A stretch of DNA of 57,072 bases from an uncultured Treponema sp. (lineage in GTDB: Bacteria > Spirochaetota > Spirochaetia > Treponematales > Treponemataceae): NCBI GenBank assembly GCA_945868875.1, contig CAMBMW010000001.1:1-57072 (forward strand). The letters run 5' to 3'. Below the pieces are notes generated by a model, which saw only the letters and a list, made by a program, of their open reading frames with translations, made no database searches and was not told the origin of the DNA. Position numbers and translations under genes: made by a program. Of the stretch, positions 50,291 to 57,072 are shown in pieces; within the stretch, counting starts at the first letter, position 1, and each line of letters begins with the position of its first letter.

Positions 50291-51604
50291 ATGAAGAATA
50301 AAATTTTGGCAATGTTTGATTATCTTCTTATTCTTGTCGTGCTTATTCTTGTAGCACTTGGAGTTTTATTTATTTATTCATCAAGTATTAATTCTGAGGG
50401 CGTTTCTGTTACAAATGAATATATCAAACAAATCATTTGGGCTTCCATTGGTTTTGTTATTATGATTTTTGTAACGCTTTATGATTTTAGAAAAACAGAA
50501 TCATTTACACCATATTTATATGTTTTTTTGATTCTACTTCTTGTATATACAAGAATTTTCGGACGATATGTTAATGGTGCCAAAAGTTGGATTGGAATTG
50601 GTGAATTTGGTGTACAGCCATCTGAGTTTGGAAAAATATTCTTTATCTTATTTCTGGCAAGATTTCTTGATGAAAGCAAGAAGATGAATCAATTTAAACG
50701 TTTTGTTTATGCAATTGGAGTGTTGATAGTTCCAATGGGACTAATCTTAATTCAACCTGATTTAGGAACAGCAAGTGTTTACATTCCAATTTTTCTGACG
50801 ATGTGTTTTATAGCAGGAATCCCAATAAAATATATTTTGTATGTTTTAGCTTTTGGAATTCTTACAGTTTTTTTTACTGTTATTCCCGTATGGAATATGG
50901 AAATTGCAGAAAAACCTTTAGTTTTTATTTCCGTGTTGACAAATCTAAAACTAAGAGCACTTCTGATTTCATCTGTTTTACTGATTACACTTTTGGGATA
51001 TGTAGTAAGACGATATTTTCATGGTCCAAAATATATCTATTGGATTACACTTGTTTTTTCTGTAATCTGCCTTTCTCTCATTTTTTCAATGGTTCTAGGA
51101 AAGTTTTTGAAAGATTACCAGATTAAACGTCTTATTATTTTTATGAATCCAAATAAAGACAGACTTGGTGCTGGTTGGAATATTATTCAATCAAAAGTTG
51201 CAATTGGTGCTGGCGGCATGACAGGGCAGGGATATTTACAAGGTACTCAAAGTCATTATCGTTTTTTGCCACAGCAGAGTACAGACTTTATTTTCAGTAT
51301 TCTATCTGAAGAATTAGGCTTTATTGGCGGTATTTTCGTATTTTCACTTTACTTCGTTATTTTACTTAAAATTTTGTATATTATTCGAAAATGTATTAAC
51401 AGATACGGTTCTTATATTTGTGCAGGAATTTTTGGAATGTTTTCATTTCATTTTTTTGTCAATGTAGGAATGGTTATGGGTATCATGCCGATTACAGGAA
51501 TTCCGCTTTTGTTTCTTTCTTACGGAGGTTCTTCTTTGCTTACAGCGATGACATGCATAGGACTTGTGATGAATATTAACTGCAGGAAAAGTGAACTTAA
51601 GTAA
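50291..51604 (+). CDS. rodA: SEDS glycosyltransferase RodA
   Basis: QPSEFGK, QPDLGT, TDFIFS...EE.G, LSYGGSS. Confidence 0.95.
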   Translation: MKNKILAMFDYLLILVVLILVALGVLFIYSSSINSEGVSVTNEYIKQIIWASIGFVIMIFVTLYDFRKTESFTPYLYVFLILLLVYTRIFGRYVNGAKSWIGIGEFGVQPSEFGKIFFILFLARFLDESKKMNQFKRFVYAIGVLIVPMGLILIQPDLGTASVYIPIFLTMCFIAGIPIKYILYVLAFGILTVFFTVIPVWNMEIAEKPLVFISVLTNLKLRALLISSVLLITLLGYVVRRYFHGPKYIYWITLVFSVICLSLIFSMVLGKFLKDYQIKRLIIFMNPNKDRLGAGWNIIQSKVAIGAGGMTGQGYLQGTQSHYRFLPQQSTDFIFSILSEELGFIGGIFVFSLYFVILLKILYIIRKCINRYGSYICAGIFGMFSFHFFVNVGMVMGIMPITGIPLLFLSYGGSSLLTAMTCIGLVMNINCRKSELK

Positions 51605-51659
51605 ATCTTTTAAGCAGAAAAAGTGATTTCTTTTTCAAAATACATGTTTTATGAAATAA

Positions 51660-52052
51660 TTATAGACAACTGTAAAGACAAATAATCAAAATGATTAGCA
51701 CTAAAATTGAAGTTATATAAATCCAAACTGGTAATGAACCGTCTTGTCCAGATTTATTTGATTTATTTGTTTTGTTTGATTTATTTTGTATTATTTTATT
51801 TTTAGATTCATTATGGTTTTCAAATAAATCGTCAGAATCTTTGTTTTGTGCCAGTGAAACATTGGAATTTACAGCATATCCGCATTCAGGACAGCCTTTT
51901 TTAAAATCTTCTGAGGCTCCTGTATGTCCACATTTTGGACAACGTACTGATGCAAAAAATTTTCCACAGACAGGACAAAACCTTGATTTTCGAGGAACTT
52001 CTGAGCCACAGTTTTCACAAAAAAATTTTGCTTCGTTATCAGTTTTTTTCAT
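51660..52052 (-). CDS. Double zinc-ribbon protein with C-terminal TM
   Basis: CENC, CPVC, CPKC, CPEC; hydrophobic tail. Confidence 0.85.
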   Translation of the reverse strand: MKKTDNEAKFFCENCGSEVPRKSRFCPVCGKFFASVRCPKCGHTGASEDFKKGCPECGYAVNSNVSLAQNKDSDDLFENHNESKNKIIQNKSNKTNKSNKSGQDGSLPVWIYITSILVLIILIICLYSCL

Positions 52053-52818
52053 AATATTCTATAGGTTCAAGTTTTATTATATTTTTATTCTTTGATTCAA
52101 AATCATCTTTTATAATTTCAATAATTTTTGCAGAAAAAACAGAAATTTGATTATTAGTATCGTAAACCGACACATATTTTATAATCATTTCAGGCTCAAA
52201 ATCTGAAAAGTCCTGTAACCTGCATGAAAATAATCCGCTTGATTTATCAAAAACAGCAGTTCCAAATATGAACTTTTTGGATAATGGATTAGTAAAAATA
52301 ATTCTACAATAATCTTCATGTATTTTATTTTCTGAAACAACATTTTCAGTTATTGTTTCTTTTTCATAATCATCAGTTTTGGAAAAGTTTTCAGATTTTT
52401 CATGATTCGGAATAATAGTGCAAGGAATATTTTGATTTCCATCTTCAGATGAAATTTTTTGTGTTTTGATTGAAGGAATGATTTGTTCAAAACTTTTTGT
52501 ATTTAATGTTGTTATGTAATTTTGTATCCCAAGTTCAACAGCTTTTCTTTTTTCCTCATCACTTAATGAATCAGGATCATAAAGATAAATCTGAACATTG
52601 TTTCCACCAATTCCGCTTTTTACAAAGGAAGCAAGCGTTTTCCAATGACGAGGATATTCAGCAGCACTTAAAAAAATTAAATCAGGTTGAATTTCTTCGA
52701 TATTATCTATTGCTTTTAAAAGCCATCTGTACACAATAATGTCATAACCATTTTCTTTTAGAAATTTCTCTGAAAAATCAATAATTTCCTGTTTGTCTGA
52801 GATTATTAATGCTTTCAT
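52039..52818 (-). CDS. Hypothetical protein with receiver-like N-terminal domain
   Basis: MKALIISD...FL...GYD...EEIQPDLIFLS pattern resembles a REC domain. Confidence 0.65.
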   Translation of the reverse strand: MKALIISDKQEIIDFSEKFLKENGYDIIVYRWLLKAIDNIEEIQPDLIFLSAAEYPRHWKTLASFVKSGIGGNNVQIYLYDPDSLSDEEKRKAVELGIQNYITTLNTKSFEQIIPSIKTQKISSEDGNQNIPCTIIPNHEKSENFSKTDDYEKETITENVVSENKIHEDYCRIIFTNPLSKKFIFGTAVFDKSSGLFSCRLQDFSDFEPEMIIKYVSVYDTNNQISVFSAKIIEIIKDDFESKNKNIIKLEPIEYYEKN

Positions 52819-52819
52819 G

Positions 52820-53794
52820 TTATTCAGTTCCCAAATTTACAACATTATAATCATAAATTCTCCAAATACCTTCTCGCTGACGCACTTTGTAAGTATATCT
52901 TTTTTTCTCGCTGAAGTTTGGATACTTAAACCATTCGATAACTGAAACATAACCTTCAGTTGGTGTATAAAAAGTTTTTTCAATCTGAAAACTTTGAGGT
53001 ACTGCTACAATATCATTCTCAATTTTTTCCTGCATTAAATCTGCTTTAAATGATTCCAGCATACGAACTCTTTCATCTGCTGAAAGTGAAATGTATTTCT
53101 TTTTGAGACTTGGATTTCTTTGGAGCATTGCTTCAACATCCATATAAAGAAAATATTGATCCCAAAGTGATTTTTGTCTTGCAATGATTGTTTGTTCTAC
53201 AACTTTATCAGGTGATAATTCCATTGGACGAAGTATTTCTACAGATTGCTGAGAAACAGGAATATAATTTGAAGCAGTTGCAGAAAGTGGCGGCATGATT
53301 TCTAAAGAAAGTCTGTTAGATTTTAAGGAAATGTATTTTGATTTGTACAATTCTGGATAGAAAAGAAGCTCCAGATAGTAAACAGAACTTTCATCAATTT
53401 GGAGATAGTCTTTTACGTTTTCAATAAATGAATATTCTTCACCTTGTTCCAGCGCAATTTCCCGGAAGTAAACAGTTTGATTTGTTGTGCGTTTTTCTAC
53501 AAGGTTTCCAGTTTGCTCCAAAAGTTTGTTTTTTACAGTGTAAGCATTAAAATCAAGACTGAAAGCTCTGTCATCAGCTAATTTAAATCTTAATGTCTGT
53601 GGGCTGTTGTTTTTAATAGTAATATGAACAAGAATTTTAGAATCTTCTGAATTTCCAGGATAATAAATAGATTTATTGTAATATTTTATTGAAACGTTAG
53701 CCTGTGAAAAATCAAATTGTTCACTCTGAGCTGTCAATATCTGTGCAAAAACAAAAAAAACTGATATAATTGAAAAAAGTTTACGAATTTTCAA
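52820..53794 (-). CDS. Exported hypothetical protein
   Basis: AGGAG RBS, TTG start, signal peptide ending LTA. Confidence 0.8.
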   Translation of the reverse strand: MKIRKLFSIISVFFVFAQILTAQSEQFDFSQANVSIKYYNKSIYYPGNSEDSKILVHITIKNNSPQTLRFKLADDRAFSLDFNAYTVKNKLLEQTGNLVEKRTTNQTVYFREIALEQGEEYSFIENVKDYLQIDESSVYYLELLFYPELYKSKYISLKSNRLSLEIMPPLSATASNYIPVSQQSVEILRPMELSPDKVVEQTIIARQKSLWDQYFLYMDVEAMLQRNPSLKKKYISLSADERVRMLESFKADLMQEKIENDIVAVPQSFQIEKTFYTPTEGYVSVIEWFKYPNFSEKKRYTYKVRQREGIWRIYDYNVVNLGTE

Positions 53795-53848
53795 CGTATT
53801 CTCCTGTTAAATATTTTATCTATACTCTTTAATAATCGGTATAAAAAA

Positions 53849-56800
53849 ATGAAATCATTAACTTCTATTAACGAATTATTACATAATTTGCAAGAAATAA
53901 AAAGTTCTGTTACAAATATTTTTAATATTAATGCTGAATTTCCACTTCATATTGAAGGAATACAAGGTTCTTTTTTCAGTTTTTTTGTAAGTGAGATTTG
54001 TAAGCAAAATCATTTGCAAACACTTCAAGCCGCACAATATAGTTCTTCTAGTAGAAAAACTCCGCAATACAATAGTTTTTCACAAGATTTATTTATTGTA
54101 GTGCCACAAGAAAGTGATGTACAGGATTTAGTTACCGATTTTCAGTCTGTTTACCCAAACGCACAACTTTTTGTATTTCCATCCTGGGGAACAGTTCCTT
54201 ACAGACCTGCAGCAAAAGGTTCGGTTACTTTTGGGAAAAGATCTGGTGTTCTTTCTAAAATTCTGGATGACGACAATAAGATAACTTTTAATGAAAATAC
54301 AAGAATTTTCATTTTTACTCAACGTACTTTTCTGCAAACACTTCCTCCTCCTGATTATATAAAATCAAAAGTTTTCAGTTTGAAAAAAGGAGATTCTTTT
54401 AATACTACAAAAATTGCACAAAAAATTGTGGAATTGGGGTACATAAGGGTTCCAAAAGTCAATGTACGAGGCGAATTCAGTTTACGAGGTGAAGTTCTTG
54501 ATATATTTTTGCCTTGTGATGAATATGCCACACGCATTATTTTTGATTTTGATGAAATCGAATCAATCAAAGAATTTGAAACTGATAATCAGGTAACAGT
54601 AGGTTCCAAAGACAACGTTCTCATCTATCCCATGAAAGAAGTTTTATGGAATGAAAATCAAATAAATATTATCCGTGAAAATATCAAAAAGTATCAGCAA
54701 ACTGCTGTTTCGAATGAAAGTGAATGTTTAGGTAAAAACGCAAGTTCAGCTCAAAATGATTTTAAAGCACTAGACATGCAGATAGAATCTACCATTGAGA
54801 AAAAAACTGTGACTTTATCTTCTGATAATGATATTCAAAAAAATAATTTTACAAAAATTCATCTTCCACTAACTGAAACTGCACTTCAAAATGCAGAAAA
54901 TATGCTTAATCAGCTTTCTGCGTATGGTGAAGCAGAAGGTGAGGAACTTTTATATCCTTTTTTATGGGAAGAGAATAATTCTATCTTGGATTATCTTCCC
55001 AAAAACTCGTTCGTGCTGTTTTATAATTTTGATAAACTTGAAAATGCAGAATTAGTTTTGCTTCGGGAATATCACAAATTGTACAGAACTTCAAAAGATT
55101 CTCTTCCTGTAATTTCGCCAGAACAGATGCTTTTTAGTTTTAGAAATCTTTGTAATAGAATTGAAAAAAGACTTTATTTTAGAACTCTTTTAAAAGAAGA
55201 TGAAAAGGAACTTTGCGTAACAAAACTTAATTCAGAACCTGCCCGAAGTTTTTTTGGAAATCTGAATTATATGAAAGATGAACTTACAAAACTTATGCAG
55301 GATAAATGGCGAGTTTTTATTTACACTGACAATGAAAACCAGCAGCTTCGTCTTCATCAGATTTTTAAAGATTTTATTGAACTTGATGATTCAAAAAAAG
55401 ATTTATATCCAGTTTGCTTGATTCCAAAACCCATTTCTGCTGGATTTGTTCTACCACAGGCAAAGATTCTTGTAATCCAGGAAAATGAAATTTTTGGACG
55501 ACGTAAATATGTTCCAAAAACTGTAAATAAAGCAAAATCTAAGGCAATTGATACTTTTGTGGAATTAAATCCAGGTGATTACATAGTTCACGTAAACTGG
55601 GGAATTGGACTTTTTCACGGTATTGAACGTGTAAAAGCAATGGGAAATGAACGTGACTACATTAAATTAGAATATGCTGATAATGAGTTTGCATTTGTAC
55701 CTATTGAACAGGTTAATCTTGTGCAAAGATACATTGGAAATGAAGGTGAAAAACCAAAACTTGACAGAATTGGAAGTAAAGCTTGGGAAAATCGAAAAAA
55801 TAAAGTAAAAAAAGCTGTAGAAGATCTTGCTGAAAAACTGATTGCTTTATATTCGCGACGTCAGGCTTCTGTTGGTTTTGCATTTCCAAAAGAAACAGAA
55901 TGGCAGACAGCATTTGAAGCAGCTTTTCCATATGAAGATACTCCAGATCAGATAACTGTAACTGAAGAAATCAAAAAAGATATGGAAAAACCTGTTCCAA
56001 TGGATAGACTGGTTTGTGGTGATGTAGGATATGGCAAAACTGAAATTGCAATGCGAGCTGCATTCAAGGCTGTTATGGGTGGAAAACAAGTTGCATTTTT
56101 AGCTCCAACTACAATTTTAGCACAACAGCATTACGAAACTTGTATAGAACGATTCAAAAATTTTCCAGTTAAAATTGCAGCACTTTCAAGATTTGTGACT
56201 CCATCTGAACAGAAAAAAATTTTGCAAAGGGTGAGTGAAGGGCAGGTTGATATTTTAATTGGAACTCATAGAATCATTCAAAAAGATGTGAAATTTAAAA
56301 ATCTTGGACTTATGATTATTGATGAAGAGCAGCGTTTTGGTGTAAAAGACAAAGAAAAGCTAAAAGAAATGAAGAACAATATTGATTGTCTCACAATGTC
56401 TGCAACTCCAATTCCAAGAACACTTCACATGAGTCTTTTAAAAATCAGAGATATGAGTCTTCTTACAACTCCTCCGCAAAACAGACAGCCTGTTGAAACA
56501 GTAGTAGATGAATATACTGATGATAGAGTTGCTTCTGCAATAAGACGAGAAATTGAACGTGGTGGACAAGTTTTTTACCTGCATAACAGAGTAGAATCTT
56601 TGCAGGAAATCCGAAGAAAAGTAGAAAATATTGTACCTGAGGTTCTTGTTGATGTAGCTCACGGGCAGATGACAAGTTCTCAGCTTGAAGACATATTCCA
56701 GCGTTTTAAAATGGGTGGTTTTCATGTATTGATAGCAACTACAATCATTGAAAACGGAATTGACATTCCAAACGTTAATACAATTATAATTGACAGAGCT

Positions 56801-57072
56801 GATATGTATGGTGTTTCGCAGTTGTATCAGCTTAGAGGACGAGTTGGACGAAGTGACAGAAAGGCTTATGCTTATCTTTTATATCCTGAAAATAAGGCAC
56901 TTTCAGAAGTGGCAATGAAAAGGCTTCAAGTTATAAGTGATTTTACAGAACTTGGTAGTGGATTCAAAATTGCAATGAAAGATATGGAAATTCGTGGTGC
57001 TGGAAATCTTTTAGGAAGAGATCAGTCTGGTGATGTTTATTCTGTCGGTTTTGATATGTATGTTCGGCTTTT
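53849..57072 (+). CDS. mfd: Transcription-repair coupling factor Mfd (3' end beyond window; absent from ORF track)
   Basis: ATG 53849; read by eye: GEFSLRGEVLDIF, GDYIVHVNWGIG, FPYEDTPDQ, CGDVGYGKTE, DEEQRFG, SATPIPRTL, QLRGRVGRS, DMEIRGAGNLLG; start and last motif are in the same frame. Confidence 0.95.
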   Translation, partial: MKSLTSINELLHNLQEIKSSVTNIFNINAEFPLHIEGIQGSFFSFFVSEICKQNHLQTLQAAQYSSSSRKTPQYNSFSQDLFIVVPQESDVQDLVTDFQSVYPNAQLFVFPSWGTVPYRPAAKGSVTFGKRSGVLSKILDDDNKITFNENTRIFIFTQRTFLQTLPPPDYIKSKVFSLKKGDSFNTTKIAQKIVELGYIRVPKVNVRGEFSLRGEVLDIFLPCDEYATRIIFDFDEIESIKEFETDNQVTVGSKDNVLIYPMKEVLWNENQINIIRENIKKYQQTAVSNESECLGKNASSAQNDFKALDMQIESTIEKKTVTLSSDNDIQKNNFTKIHLPLTETALQNAENMLNQLSAYGEAEGEELLYPFLWEENNSILDYLPKNSFVLFYNFDKLENAELVLLREYHKLYRTSKDSLPVISPEQMLFSFRNLCNRIEKRLYFRTLLKEDEKELCVTKLNSEPARSFFGNLNYMKDELTKLMQDKWRVFIYTDNENQQLRLHQIFKDFIELDDSKKDLYPVCLIPKPISAGFVLPQAKILVIQENEIFGRRKYVPKTVNKAKSKAIDTFVELNPGDYIVHVNWGIGLFHGIERVKAMGNERDYIKLEYADNEFAFVPIEQVNLVQRYIGNEGEKPKLDRIGSKAWENRKNKVKKAVEDLAEKLIALYSRRQASVGFAFPKETEWQTAFEAAFPYEDTPDQITVTEEIKKDMEKPVPMDRLVCGDVGYGKTEIAMRAAFKAVMGGKQVAFLAPTTILAQQHYETCIERFKNFPVKIAALSRFVTPSEQKKILQRVSEGQVDILIGTHRIIQKDVKFKNLGLMIIDEEQRFGVKDKEKLKEMKNNIDCLTMSATPIPRTLHMSLLKIRDMSLLTTPPQNRQPVETVVDEYTDDRVASAIRREIERGGQVFYLHNRVESLQEIRRKVENIVPEVLVDVAHGQMTSSQLEDIFQRFKMGGFHVLIATTIIENGIDIPNVNTIIIDRADMYGVSQLYQLRGRVGRSDRKAYAYLLYPENKALSEVAMKRLQVISDFTELGSGFKIAMKDMEIRGAGNLLGRDQSGDVYSVGFDMYVRL

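Noticed and set aside
53833-53860. Sigma28-like -10 (ACCGATTA on minus strand) upstream of the 53794 gene
   Set aside because: No TAAA -35 at the expected spacing; too weak to call.
53879-56725. Short minus-strand ORFs across the mfd region (and similar shadow ORFs elsewhere in the track)
   Set aside because: Antisense or out-of-frame shadows of well-supported genes, with no motifs or RBS.
1-57072. CRISPR array, prophage, integron, transposase or anti-phage system
   Set aside because: No regularly spaced repeats, integrase, phage or defence motifs seen; the tRNAs show no duplicated 3' ends indicating an att site.

Overview
AT-rich chromosomal segment of a spirochete, most likely a gut or rumen Treponema (inferred from the P83/100 antigen gene, the gene order and protein style). 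It is almost entirely core genome: partial leuC-like gene, GH31 glycosidase, rlmN, rsmD, rpsF-ssb-rpsR-rplI, dnaB, rnz, a GldA/GldF-G/DUF4340 ABC cluster, PilZ-HEAT-comEC-rsmA-yggS-rluD-rluA, cca, a glgA-like gene, three tRNAs, mltG-dnaG-rpoD, RNase P RNA, mreBCD-mrdA-rodA and a 3'-truncated mfd that is absent from the ORF track. I saw no CRISPR array, prophage, transposase or defence system. The most interesting signals are non-coding. (1) Two diverged copies of a short non-autonomous element (184-340 and 14794-15010) with CAGGGC-type terminal inverted repeats, different perfect 10-bp target-site duplications and a conserved fold-back interior with a compensatory base change. (2) An rpsF leader with two Shine-Dalgarno-like sequences and an anti-SD, arranged like a translational switch. 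(3) A pseudouridine synthase whose C-terminus and stop codon are encoded antisense inside tRNA-Leu(CAG). (4) Several genes whose sigma70 -10 box sits 5-8 nt before the ATG, suggesting leaderless mRNAs. All calls come from reading the sequence by eye; no searches were run.
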